The notes beneath the pieces are model-generated. The model saw only the letters and a list, made by a program, of their open reading frames with translations, searched no databases and was not told the DNA's origin. From a bacterium (GTDB taxonomy: Bacteria > Verrucomicrobiota > Kiritimatiellia > CAIKKV01 > CAITUY01), in contig JBAXPK010000007.1 of NCBI GenBank assembly GCA_037132275.1, forward strand, positions 518 through 64,517: 64,000 nucleotides of DNA, given 5' to 3'. Positions 36,310-46,093 of the stretch are shown piece by piece. Numbering within the stretch: the first letter of the stretch is position 1; every line of letters begins with the position of its first letter. The position numbers and the translations under genes were made by a program.

Positions 36310-38373
36310 GTGACGTCGTATAATGATCTTATAAAAAGTTCGCTCCGTTTGTTGATCTATCACCGGCAGCGGATCTGGTGGATTACCACCCGTATCCTTG
36401 TGGTGACCGTTGTGATTACCGCCTTCTGCCTGGCGTTTCGCCCCCGGTATGTGGCCCGAACCACGATTACCATCCTTCCAACACGCAGTGAGATCGGGTA
36501 TGCGAGTCAGAGCGGTAACTGGGCCTCCAGCCCCGCGACCTTGCTCGGCAAAACTTATGAGGAAACCCTGTCCAGCCTGACCCTCGCGCAGGATGTGGCG
36601 CGCACGTTGCTGGAGCGGGATCGGGCGGAATATAACAACGGCGGTCCGTTGGGCCATATGCGCCGTCAACTGATCGGACCGGCCTTTGGTTTCTTCAACA
36701 AGGTGCTGGCGTTGCTGAATACCGGACGATGGGAGACCCAGGATCCCGCAGTAGCATTGGGCCAAGCCATCCAGTATCGCACCGACGTCAAGAATTTGCA
36801 GGGCTCGTATGTCTATGAGATTGCCGTCACCTGGGAGAATCCCAAGATCGCGGCGACCATGGCGAACCTGATCGCGGAACGCAACGTGGCCTTGACCTTG
36901 AAAGCCAACCAGGAAGAGATGCGAACCACCCGCGAGTTCATTGAGAAGCGGATTGTCGAGACCAAGAGCGAACTGACGGACGTGGATAAGAAGATCAGGG
37001 ATTACCGCGTCAGTGAGAAGCTCTACGCCGCCTCAACGGACTTGGATCTTAGCCTCCAGGAACAGTCGCAATACCAACGGGAACTTACGGCCATCCAGGT
37101 TAATCGGGCTCAATTGGACACCAAGATCGATGCGCTCAAGGCCTACCAGACACCGGTGGCCATGGTGGCGATCGAGTCGGAACGGGCCGAACTGAAAACG
37201 CGGGAAACCGCAATCCAAAAGGCCATTGATGCGCAAATGGCAAAATTGGACAAGTTGCCTGCCAAGGAGGCCGGGCTGTTGGACTTGTACCGGACCCGGT
37301 TGACCACGGAACGTGCCCTGGCCGCGCTGCAGGATCGGCTGCTTGACACCAAGGTATCGGAAGCGGCGCAACTCAGTACCGCGCGGGTGATTGACAAAGC
37401 CATCATACCCCTCTATCCCGAGGGACCGCTTATGCTCAAGAATATCCTGGCCGCGATCATTGTCGGCCTGCTCTTATCCGCAGGCTTTGTCTTGATGATG
37501 GAGGCGTGGCGTCCCGGGCTGAGAAGCCGCGAAGACCTTGGCGTTGAAAGCGATACCCTGCTTGGACTCGTCCCCTTTGTCACTCCGAATGACCGTGATG
37601 CGATAGGACACGGCGATCCCGACGAGGAGAAACAGGGCGGGGGCCTGCCAGAATTCTTTCGCAGTTTGGTGTATGGGCGCCACGGCACCGTGGAGCACCG
37701 CCGCATCGCCAAGCGGCACCTGGAGCACCTGTTGCTTCGCCTAACGGATGGCTCCGTCGTCCCGCTACCGCGTATTTGCATGTTTGTGAGCCTTAACGGT
37801 GGCGAGGGGAAGACTTACCTCATTGAGCAACTTGCCAAACTCGCCAGGGAGGCGGGGCTTAAAATCCTGCTTATTGACGCAAACTTCGGAGCCCCCGGGT
37901 TATGTCAACTATTTGGCCGTCCGCCTGCAGCCGGGTTGGCGGAGGTGCTGTCCTGTGCCGCCGAGGTTAAGGACGTGGTGGTATCCGTCAGTCCAGGTGT
38001 GGATATGATCGGCGCCGGTCTTATGAGAATTAATTCACAGGCAAAATGGGCGGTGGAGGCCACCCGCGTGGCGATGGCTGGACTGGGGGCGGGTTATGAC
38101 CTCATCCTGGTTGATTCCGGGGCATTGCGCAGTGATCCTTCAGTAACCCGCTTGCTTCCCCTGATGACGGATGTCCTGTGCGTCATGGATGCGAAAACAT
38201 CACGACGTAACGATGCGGTGGAGGTGCGGCAGCGTCTTGATGGCGCCAAAGTCAAAGTCAGGTTCATTTTGAACAAGAAAATATACTCGGGCGATTATCT
38301 CTTCGAGGCCGGAACAAATGGGCACGTAGCGTCGGAAAGTGCGGCCAGACCGCTGGCGCGAAGCCGTGTGTAA
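36310..38373 (+). CDS. Polysaccharide co-polymerase / tyrosine autokinase (Wzc-like, PCP-2a)
   Basis: An N-terminal Wzz-type domain with two TM segments and a long coiled-coil. C-terminal Walker A-like SLNGGEGKTYL within a CapB/BY-kinase-like domain (ILLIDANFGAPGL...LILVDSG). Confidence 0.7.
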   Translation: MTSYNDLIKSSLRLLIYHRQRIWWITTRILVVTVVITAFCLAFRPRYVARTTITILPTRSEIGYASQSGNWASSPATLLGKTYEETLSSLTLAQDVARTLLERDRAEYNNGGPLGHMRRQLIGPAFGFFNKVLALLNTGRWETQDPAVALGQAIQYRTDVKNLQGSYVYEIAVTWENPKIAATMANLIAERNVALTLKANQEEMRTTREFIEKRIVETKSELTDVDKKIRDYRVSEKLYAASTDLDLSLQEQSQYQRELTAIQVNRAQLDTKIDALKAYQTPVAMVAIESERAELKTRETAIQKAIDAQMAKLDKLPAKEAGLLDLYRTRLTTERALAALQDRLLDTKVSEAAQLSTARVIDKAIIPLYPEGPLMLKNILAAIIVGLLLSAGFVLMMEAWRPGLRSREDLGVESDTLLGLVPFVTPNDRDAIGHGDPDEEKQGGGLPEFFRSLVYGRHGTVEHRRIAKRHLEHLLLRLTDGSVVPLPRICMFVSLNGGEGKTYLIEQLAKLAREAGLKILLIDANFGAPGLCQLFGRPPAAGLAEVLSCAAEVKDVVVSVSPGVDMIGAGLMRINSQAKWAVEATRVAMAGLGAGYDLILVDSGALRSDPSVTRLLPLMTDVLCVMDAKTSRRNDAVEVRQRLDGAKVKVRFILNKKIYSGDYLFEAGTNGHVASESAARPLARSRV

Positions 38374-38387
38374 GGAGCGTCGCCGGG

Positions 38388-39773
38388 ATGGGGGCGATCT
38401 TTAAAAACGGAGCCACGAGCGCCCGCATGGCGGCTTGGGCATGGTGGGTGTTGTTATGGATCGCCATAACAGGGGTGACCCTGTTTGTGGATACAATGCC
38501 GGGATGGACCCGTTTGTATCTGTTGACGGCGTTCGGGTTGGGAAGCGGTTTGATCCTGGTGCGGTTACGGCCCCGTAAGATCCCTGTCCTGAACTACCAC
38601 AGTGTGTCTGCGGATCCGGAGTGGTTACAGATTGGAGACCGTGTGTCGCTCACGCCGACCGCCTTTGAGCGCCAACTGGCGTATCTGGCACGGCAGGGAT
38701 ACCAGAGTTTGTTTGTCAGCGAGGTGCATACCCTTCTGGCCGGGTGCCATAATCCGGAATCGCAGGTCAAGCATGTGGCGCTGACGTTCGATGATGGCTA
38801 TGCGGATAATTGGATCGCTGCTTTTCCTTTGCTCAGGAAATATGGCATCAAGGCAACGATATTTGTCAGCACCGGTTTTATTGCCGATGCGGATCGGTGT
38901 CGGCCGACCATCGGGGAAGCGATCCCGGATGCCTTGGACTGGAGCGGGTATCTGACGTGGCCCGAATTGCGTGCCATGCAGACCAGCGGCCTGGTAGAGA
39001 TCCAGTCGCACGGCGGTTCGCATTCGCGTGTGTTTTCGGGGCCGGAATTGCAGGGCTTTGTCGGGCCGGGCAAGCCGAATCTGTGGTTGCTTTGGAATAA
39101 CCGCCCTGAAACCCGGAAGGGATGGTGGCGAGAGTTGGAGGATGACCGTTCATTGTGGGGTCATCCGGTATTCCGGCAGGCGCCCGCGCTGGCCCACCGG
39201 GCCTATCATCCTGACCCGGACGCAGTGGCAAGCCTGATGTCATGGGCGGGGGGTGCCGGAAGGGCTGTCTTTGCCGGGTCGGATTGGGAACGCTGCTTGT
39301 TTGAGGAGTGGCGTCGTGAGCGTCATGTGCATGGCGCCCCGGGGAGCCGTGAGGGCCGCGAGGAATATGAGCGGCGCGTTGAGGAAGACCTGGGTGAATC
39401 CAGGAAAATATTGGAGCGGGAACTGGGGGTGATGGTGGATGTGTTGTGCTGGCCGGAAAACTGTTTCTCTGAAGAAGGCGAGCAAATGGCGCGCCGCATG
39501 GGTTATCTGGCCACGGTTTCCAATCGGCACAGGAGCCGGAATGTTGTGGGAGAAGCGCCGGAATCCATTGTACGTGTGTTCATTGGAGGCCGGGCGGCGG
39601 GAGTGAAGTCCCCGTTATTGGACTACGTGGCGTTCATCCTGGAGCTCAAGGTGTTTGAGGGTTGGTACAATTGGTATCCGGTGCTGGCGGTAATGCACTT
39701 AGCCAGGAAGGTTATGTTCACTGCCAGAAGGGTGTGTTCATGTCGCAGGGATTACTTGTCAATTTGGTCCTGA
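38388..39773 (+). CDS. Polysaccharide deacetylase (NodB-homology) with N-terminal TM segments
   Basis: VALTFDDGYADNWIAAFPLLRKYGIKATIFVSTGFI...WPELRAMQTSGLVEIQSHGGSH, the NodB motifs TFDDG and H...H. Confidence 0.75.
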   Translation: MGAIFKNGATSARMAAWAWWVLLWIAITGVTLFVDTMPGWTRLYLLTAFGLGSGLILVRLRPRKIPVLNYHSVSADPEWLQIGDRVSLTPTAFERQLAYLARQGYQSLFVSEVHTLLAGCHNPESQVKHVALTFDDGYADNWIAAFPLLRKYGIKATIFVSTGFIADADRCRPTIGEAIPDALDWSGYLTWPELRAMQTSGLVEIQSHGGSHSRVFSGPELQGFVGPGKPNLWLLWNNRPETRKGWWRELEDDRSLWGHPVFRQAPALAHRAYHPDPDAVASLMSWAGGAGRAVFAGSDWERCLFEEWRRERHVHGAPGSREGREEYERRVEEDLGESRKILERELGVMVDVLCWPENCFSEEGEQMARRMGYLATVSNRHRSRNVVGEAPESIVRVFIGGRAAGVKSPLLDYVAFILELKVFEGWYNWYPVLAVMHLARKVMFTARRVCSCRRDYLSIWS

Positions 39774-41155
39774 TGGTCGGGGTGGTGGCGTTCGCGCTGT
39801 TGACCTGCCTTGCGCCGTCCATGGCCGTGGTGGCGGGGATGGCTTCCATCGTGTTTGCCGCTACAGTGCGGTGGCCGGACTATGTCCCCAAGTGGGGCTT
39901 TTATGCCATCGTGGGCCTTGTTCCGTTAAGTGCGATTGGCGGGCATTTGCCTATCCCTGTTGTCAATTCTCTGACAAAACTGATGTTTCTGCTGGCGTTC
40001 GGATGGTTGCTGATAGGCGGCATTCTAGGCAACCGGCGTTTTGTAGTCGGGCCGCAAGGCCTGGCCGCGATGGCATTCGCCGGGACGTCGGTACTGGCCT
40101 ATATATATTGTGAAAAGACGGAGGCTACCTTTCCCGTCCTGATGCGTTTTCTCAATCACGTGCTTCTGTTCCTTCTCGCGGTTAACGTGCTCAAGACGAA
40201 GCGCGATATCGCCATCCTTTTTGGTGTTATCGTGATCACGTGCCTGGTTTCGGCGGTAGGGGGCATCCTGAGTCCGAACCTGTGGAGTCATGAGCATGGC
40301 ACGGCCGGGGAGCGCCTCGCGGGCTGGACGCTCCAGGATGATGCGCCTACGTTTGGGTTCTTCCTGTTGATGGGTATTTTGATCAGTTTCTATTATCTCC
40401 TGGTGACACGGTTGGCCTGGTTGCGGGTCGCACTGCTGCCGGTGATTGGTATTTTGGTTTATGCCATGGTCTCCACTTATGCGCGGAGTACCTTTATCGT
40501 TCTTGTGGCGGCCGTGGGATTCACTCTTTTCAAGTTGAGAAAACGCATACCAGTGGTGTTCGCCCTGCTTTGCCTGTGCGTGATCACCCTGGCTGTGGCA
40601 CCGCTGATTCCCCGCGCCTTCTATTCGCGGATCACGTCGATTGGGCGCCAGTTCGACAGTGAGGGTCGGAGGGATCCCACGGTTCAATGGCGCATTGATA
40701 GCGCCCGCATCGGATTTGATATGTTCATGCAAAGCCCCCTGATGGGGCGGGGCCCTGGAAACTTTCCCGAAGAGTATCTATCCCGGGAGTTCCGATACGA
40801 CCGGGCCTATCGTCCGAAAAGCGTGGTCGGCAACACCTATGTATCGGTGCTTTATCAAGTCGGTTTCCTCGGGTTTGCGATACTAACCTTGCTCATGTTC
40901 ATGGCATGGCGGGATCTGCGGGCCGTGAAAGCGTCTTATACAGTTGAGGGCGCAGGCGTCTGGCCGCCCGCCTTTTTAAACGACGCGGCTATCCTTCTTC
41001 AGATTCTGCTGGTGGCGCTTTTGATGTTTTCCCTTTTCGGGGCCATTGAGAAGGAGAAGTACCTCTGGGCTGTTCTGGCAACAGCCGCCGTGCTGGCCCG
41101 TATAAGACGCGAGGAATTGCCCCCTGCGATTTCTGCGAAGCCGGTGGAAGGGTGA
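39740..41155 (+). CDS. O-antigen ligase / Wzy-like polysaccharide polymerase family membrane protein
   Basis: About 10-12 TM segments with a large periplasmic loop near the C-terminus. Start chosen as MSQGLLVNLV..., which overlaps the deacetylase end by 34 nt. Confidence 0.55.
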   Translation: MSQGLLVNLVLMVGVVAFALLTCLAPSMAVVAGMASIVFAATVRWPDYVPKWGFYAIVGLVPLSAIGGHLPIPVVNSLTKLMFLLAFGWLLIGGILGNRRFVVGPQGLAAMAFAGTSVLAYIYCEKTEATFPVLMRFLNHVLLFLLAVNVLKTKRDIAILFGVIVITCLVSAVGGILSPNLWSHEHGTAGERLAGWTLQDDAPTFGFFLLMGILISFYYLLVTRLAWLRVALLPVIGILVYAMVSTYARSTFIVLVAAVGFTLFKLRKRIPVVFALLCLCVITLAVAPLIPRAFYSRITSIGRQFDSEGRRDPTVQWRIDSARIGFDMFMQSPLMGRGPGNFPEEYLSREFRYDRAYRPKSVVGNTYVSVLYQVGFLGFAILTLLMFMAWRDLRAVKASYTVEGAGVWPPAFLNDAAILLQILLVALLMFSLFGAIEKEKYLWAVLATAAVLARIRREELPPAISAKPVEG

Positions 41156-41162
41156 CATTACC

Positions 41163-42395
41163 ATGATGGCCCCCGGGGTGGTTCCGGAAATCACAAGTGA
41201 TGCCCTGCATCGGGATTATCCCGCCCTGACGGTGGTCGAGACCCGCTGCCTGCGGGATGTTGCCTGTGGCATTTATCCCTGTTACTTCCGGCGTCTGTCC
41301 GATCGGCTCAGGGTCGCTTCCTCGGCGGTGGCGCTTATTGCCGATATCGGCGATATCCAAATCAATCCGGCATTTCAGCCGCGTGAATACCTGCTTGGTG
41401 ACAATGCCCGGCAACATTTCATTCATGGAACCGCGCGGTTGCCGCAGGCCCTGAAGGATTCCGCCAAGCGGCGGCTGCCCACCGCGCTACTCCGCCGCCT
41501 GTCGAAGGATCGGTTCTGGTATGAATCATGGGCGACGGTTGATGCCCGGGTGTTCAAGCTCAAGCCCTTCGAGCGCGTTACGCCGGAAGGCTCAGCTGAT
41601 ATGTTCAAGCCGGATTTCTCACTCCGCAACGCGGATGCTCTGGTCGAAGGGGTGGCCTGTCATCTGGAGCGTTTCGTCCGGGACATGGAGGAGCATTATC
41701 CCGAGCATGATCACATCATGATGATCGGCGGCAAGGACAGCCAGCTTCTCGCCCTGATCCCCAAGCGGCGTCCGGAACGGTGGCATGTGTTCAGCGCCGC
41801 CCCGAATAGCAGTCTCGTTTTGCAATGGCTGGCGTGGAATAATGTGGAGGCGGCAGAGGTATTCAGCGACGACGGGCGGAACGTGGAGACGCAGAGCGAA
41901 ACGCAACGCAAGATCGTTTGCAGCGATCTCTACTCGGATCCTCGACACATGCGCTGGCTACCGGCACTGCGCCGCATTGCCAGGAGCTTCACCTCCCGAT
42001 GTTTTTTTTGGTCCGGCTCCGCCGCCGATGCGCTGCACGTCGGACACTCGTTTCATCAGCGCTATGCGTCCCGGGATCCCGTGGAATTCTTCGATATCCA
42101 TCTAAAGCGCGTGCCGTGCCTCGTCGGAAACTACCATCAGGTGGTCAAGAACTTTACGGGCTGCCCGTTGCTTTGCCCTTATCAGACGGATGAAATCTGG
42201 CGCGAGGTTTACTCCCACCATGGCCCTGCGGTCATTCCCGCCGGTGTGGATCTTCGCCCCCGTATCGGCGAACGGCTGGCAGGGCGGCCCATCCGCTGGC
42301 TGGACACCAATCCCGGACCTGAGCCCTACCGGTATGAGCAGCCGTTCAATGCCCGTGAAATCTATTTAAAACGATTGAGGAGTATTCGTTCTTAA
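41163..42395 (+). CDS. Hypothetical cytoplasmic protein with a PP-loop-like IGGKDS motif
   Basis: HIMMIGGKDSQLLAL resembles the SGGxDS motif of PP-loop ATP pyrophosphatases, but with the first Ser replaced. No other recognisable domain. Confidence 0.3.
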   Translation: MMAPGVVPEITSDALHRDYPALTVVETRCLRDVACGIYPCYFRRLSDRLRVASSAVALIADIGDIQINPAFQPREYLLGDNARQHFIHGTARLPQALKDSAKRRLPTALLRRLSKDRFWYESWATVDARVFKLKPFERVTPEGSADMFKPDFSLRNADALVEGVACHLERFVRDMEEHYPEHDHIMMIGGKDSQLLALIPKRRPERWHVFSAAPNSSLVLQWLAWNNVEAAEVFSDDGRNVETQSETQRKIVCSDLYSDPRHMRWLPALRRIARSFTSRCFFWSGSAADALHVGHSFHQRYASRDPVEFFDIHLKRVPCLVGNYHQVVKNFTGCPLLCPYQTDEIWREVYSHHGPAVIPAGVDLRPRIGERLAGRPIRWLDTNPGPEPYRYEQPFNAREIYLKRLRSIRS

Positions 42396-42461
42396 TCGAA
42401 TCCTGACGTTCTGCTTGTTGTCGCCTGACAGGTTGTTGGCAGGCTACAGCATGAAAAAGGT

Positions 42462-44165
42462 GTGACAGGCCCTGGGGGGATTGTGGCGTTTGGCGGGGGT
42501 ACTCATTCGATGAACCTTAAAGAAATCTGGATGGAAATAGAGGCGGTTCCGCTGTCGTCGTCCATGCATGAGGTCTTTGACCTGTTTCGCCATCACCGGG
42601 ATTGGCCATTTTTACCGGTGGTGGATGAGGGCAGGCGGGTGGTCGGCGTGGTGAGGGAGCACGACATGAAGGGCCATGCCTACGCCCAGTTCGGGCGCGA
42701 TCTTGTCAAGCGGCATTTGTTAGATGAATTCCTTAAGCCTGCTCTGGTTCTGCCCGTGGGTATTACGGAGAAGGAGTTACTGGATGCCTCGGCGCGGAAC
42801 CCCAATCCCGATGGCGTTGTCTTTACTGAAGAGGGACGGTATCGGGCCGTGTTGCTGAACCGGGCCATCCTGTGCCTGTTTGAACAACAGCATCTCGAAA
42901 CCGAGGTGAGGCTGGCCCAGGCCCAGAAAATGGAGGCCATCGGCACCCTGGCGGGCGGAATCGCCCATGACCTGAACAACATCCTCACTCCGATTCTAGG
43001 ATATGCGGAACTCATGAGTCTGATGCAACGGCAGGGCGAGTCCATTGACAAGGATGTGATTGACCAGATTACCGTGAGCGCTACCCGCGCACGGGAAATC
43101 GTAAAACAGATTCTCGCCTTTAGCCGCCACCAGAAGAGCGAACGCTGTCCCGTCAGCCTGAGCCGTTCCATCAAGGAAACGATTAGAATGATCAGTTCCT
43201 CGCTGCCGGCTACGATTGACATCGAGATCCGCCTGAATGTTGAGAATGACATTGTCCTGATGAATCCCGATGAGATGCACCGCGTCATTATGAACCTCTG
43301 TACCAACGCCTACCACGCCATGAGGGAGCGGGGCGGGCGGATGCAGATCACGCTCGACCACCACCAGGGCCCCGTGCTTGGATGGTCCACATATACCGAA
43401 CTGCTTCTGGGCGACTATCTGCGGCTGTCTGTTGCCGACACCGGAGTCGGCATCGAGCCCGATCTTCTTCCCCGCATTTTCGAGCCGTTTTTTACGACCA
43501 AGAAGCAGGGGGAAGGCACCGGCCTGGGATTGCCCATTGTGCATGGCATTGTGTCGCGTTCCAAGGGGTTGATTTCCGTCGAGAGCCGGGTTGGCAAGGG
43601 CTCCACCTTCCATCTCTATTTCCCGGTTGTGGTGGATGACTCGCACGGCGTCGGGCGGCGGTCTCCCGAAATTAACGAAGGCGAACCCAGTGAGTTGTCC
43701 CCGGTCACCTCGAGAAACCGAGTCCTTTTTGTGGATGATGAATTTGCCGTCACCCGGCTGGCGAGCATGATTCTTCCGAAATACGGTATAGCGGTCGTGA
43801 CAGAGAATGACAGCCGCAAAGCGTTGGCGACCTTTCGGGAGTGTGCCCACGACTTTGATCTGCTGGTGACCGATCAGACCATGCCGGGTCTCACGGGTGT
43901 TGATCTGGCGCGTGAAGCTCTCCTCATCCGGCCCGACCTGCCCGTGATTATGTGCACGGGTTACAGTGAAGCGGTGTCTCCTGAAGAGGCATGCGAGGCG
44001 GGTGTTTGCGAGTATGTGCTCAAACCCCCGGACTTCCAGAAAATGGCCTCATCCATCCGCAGGCAGGTGTGTCTAAGCCAACGGCGTTCAGCCCTGAGCC
44101 AGTTCTCCGCCGGGAGGGGTGTTCCTGCGCCTCTTGCAGGCGTTGGAGGTCTGGATGAGAATTGA
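42462..44165 (+). CDS. Hybrid sensor histidine kinase (CBS pair - HisKA - HATPase - REC)
   Basis: H-box MEAIGTLAGGIAHDLNNIL. N/G boxes (NLCTNAYHAM...GTGLGLPIVHGIV). C-terminal receiver (VLFVDDE...DLLVTDQTMPGLTGVDLA...VIMCTGY). The start may be at 42510 (MNLKEIW). Confidence 0.8.
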   Translation: MTGPGGIVAFGGGTHSMNLKEIWMEIEAVPLSSSMHEVFDLFRHHRDWPFLPVVDEGRRVVGVVREHDMKGHAYAQFGRDLVKRHLLDEFLKPALVLPVGITEKELLDASARNPNPDGVVFTEEGRYRAVLLNRAILCLFEQQHLETEVRLAQAQKMEAIGTLAGGIAHDLNNILTPILGYAELMSLMQRQGESIDKDVIDQITVSATRAREIVKQILAFSRHQKSERCPVSLSRSIKETIRMISSSLPATIDIEIRLNVENDIVLMNPDEMHRVIMNLCTNAYHAMRERGGRMQITLDHHQGPVLGWSTYTELLLGDYLRLSVADTGVGIEPDLLPRIFEPFFTTKKQGEGTGLGLPIVHGIVSRSKGLISVESRVGKGSTFHLYFPVVVDDSHGVGRRSPEINEGEPSELSPVTSRNRVLFVDDEFAVTRLASMILPKYGIAVVTENDSRKALATFRECAHDFDLLVTDQTMPGLTGVDLAREALLIRPDLPVIMCTGYSEAVSPEEACEAGVCEYVLKPPDFQKMASSIRRQVCLSQRRSALSQFSAGRGVPAPLAGVGGLDEN

Positions 44166-44964
44166 GGACAAGAAGCGTCCCTTGCTGGAAAGAGTCGTTC
44201 ACCGTCTTTACCGGTGGCTAATCGTGGCGCATATTCAGGACCCTGTGGTGAAGCAGAGACTGAAAATGTTGTGGTACGCACCGGGGTATTGGCCACTGTT
44301 ACTGCTATGGTCCTTACCATTCCGTACCCGGTTGATGTTGCTGGTTCGGTTTTTGCGGATCGACTGGTGCGTGTTGCATGGGCACACTCCCTTCCAGTGC
44401 GCCGCCGTATGCCGGGCCTTGGCGGAACGGCCAGCTATTCCGGGCGAGGCGATGGTTGAGGCTGGTTGCTGGCAGGGAGGCAGTTCCGCGAAATGGAGTA
44501 TCCTCTGCAAGACGCTCGGATACACTCTTGCCGTCTATGATTCATTCGAGGGGGTGGAGGGCTCGAGGCCGCCTGAGGGCGAATATGATTTCTCAGGAGA
44601 GTATGCCGCAGACGAACACGTTTTCTGTGCAAACATTAGGAAATACGGAGAAGCCGAGGTGTGTCGAACCTACCGGGGCTGGTTCTCCGACACGATGGCG
44701 CCGGACAAAATTTCCTTCAAGGTGCGCACCGCCTATATTGACTGCGACACAGCCAAAGGGACGAAGGAGGCACTAGCCGGACTCGCTCCGGTTTTGACAG
44801 GGCGGGCCTCTGTTTTTTCACAGGACTGCCATATCCCTTCGGTGTTGCGACTGCTCGTTGACCCCGCCACCTGGAGGGATTTGGGTTTGGCGGTGCCGAT
44901 CATGACAAGGATTGATCGACGCCTGGTGCGTTTTGAAGTTGAAACGGGAATGCAGCCTTTGTGA
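44155..44964 (+). CDS. TylF/MycF-family SAM-dependent O-methyltransferase
   Basis: EAGCWQGGSSAKWSI matches the TylF-family E.G.W.GGS motif. About 270 aa. Embedded in the glycan locus. Confidence 0.5.
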   Translation: MRIEDKKRPLLERVVHRLYRWLIVAHIQDPVVKQRLKMLWYAPGYWPLLLLWSLPFRTRLMLLVRFLRIDWCVLHGHTPFQCAAVCRALAERPAIPGEAMVEAGCWQGGSSAKWSILCKTLGYTLAVYDSFEGVEGSRPPEGEYDFSGEYAADEHVFCANIRKYGEAEVCRTYRGWFSDTMAPDKISFKVRTAYIDCDTAKGTKEALAGLAPVLTGRASVFSQDCHIPSVLRLLVDPATWRDLGLAVPIMTRIDRRLVRFEVETGMQPL

Positions 44965-44968
44965 CATC

Positions 44969-46093
44969 ATGACCCGTCCACGCATTCTTCACCTGATCCA
45001 CCACCTGCGCATTGGCGGGGCCGAGACTCTGCTTGTGGAATTGCTGCCGCGTCTGGAGGAAGCAGGATTCGATGTTCACGTTGCCTGCCTTGACGACCGG
45101 GGGCCTCTTTTTGAGGAACTGCAACGGCGGAGCATTCAGGCTCATTTCATCGGGCGAAAGCGCGGGCTCGACCCCGTTGCGGTCTGGCGGCTTGTGCGGC
45201 TGCTTCGAAACCTGCGCATCGACATTCTCAACACCCATTCGTTCTCCGCCGGGCTGTGGGGGCGGATCGCCGCTATTTTGGCGCGCACTCCGCATATCGT
45301 AACCACCATTCATACGGTGGCGGGATGGAGCCAGTCCCTGAAACAGCGGATCGGCAACCGGCTGCTCCAGCCGTTCACCGACCGGATTGTCGCGGTCAGC
45401 GAGAGTGTCCGACGCTCCCTCATCAGGCAAGGACTGCCGCGTGATGCGATCCAAGTCATCTATAACGGGATCCGCGTTGAAGGTTTCAGGCGCTCGACTT
45501 CTGTGGCAGTGGATCGGAAACGGCTCGGACTGCATCCGGAAGGTTGCCTGATTGGCATGATTGGCCGGTGCAGTCCTGAAAAGGGCGGATTTGACTGGGT
45601 GCAGATGATGGCGCACCTTGCCCGCAGGGATGCCAGGGTGCATGGGGTGCTGGTCGGAAACGGTCCCGAGCAGGCTTCCTGGCAAGCGTTGGCAACGGCA
45701 TTGGGAGTTGCGGATCGAATACGGTTTGTCGGGATCAAAACCGATATAGCTCCGTGGTTGGCGATTATGGATGTGCTGGTCTGCCCCTCAATCCAGGAAT
45801 CCTTCGGGATTGCCGCCCTTGAGGCGCAAGCGGCGGGCGTTCCGGTGGTGGCTACCCGCGTGGATGGTTTTTTGGAGGCGTTGCACGACGGCGAAGATGC
45901 CTTGCTGGTGGATCCGGGGAATGCCGCCGGCATGGCGGAAGCGGTTCAAAGTATGCTGGCATCAAATGACATGGCCAGTAAACTGACTGATGGTGGCCGG
46001 AAGAATGTCGCCAGGTTCGGCATTGATAAAACCGTACAACAATATGCCGCGCTTTATAAGAAACTTCTTGGCGCTCAGAACACGAAGTCATGA
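44969..46093 (+). CDS. Glycosyltransferase family 4 (GT-B)
   Basis: ILHLIHHLRIGGAETLL near the N-terminus. C-terminal EX7E-like region (SIQESFGIAALEAQAAGVPVVATRVDGFLE). Confidence 0.75.
   Translation: MTRPRILHLIHHLRIGGAETLLVELLPRLEEAGFDVHVACLDDRGPLFEELQRRSIQAHFIGRKRGLDPVAVWRLVRLLRNLRIDILNTHSFSAGLWGRIAAILARTPHIVTTIHTVAGWSQSLKQRIGNRLLQPFTDRIVAVSESVRRSLIRQGLPRDAIQVIYNGIRVEGFRRSTSVAVDRKRLGLHPEGCLIGMIGRCSPEKGGFDWVQMMAHLARRDARVHGVLVGNGPEQASWQALATALGVADRIRFVGIKTDIAPWLAIMDVLVCPSIQESFGIAALEAQAAGVPVVATRVDGFLEALHDGEDALLVDPGNAAGMAEAVQSMLASNDMASKLTDGGRKNVARFGIDKTVQQYAALYKKLLGAQNTKS

Noticed and set aside
42996-43850. 284-aa minus-strand ORF inside the hybrid histidine kinase gene
   Set aside because: Antisense to canonical H-box, N/G-box and REC motifs.
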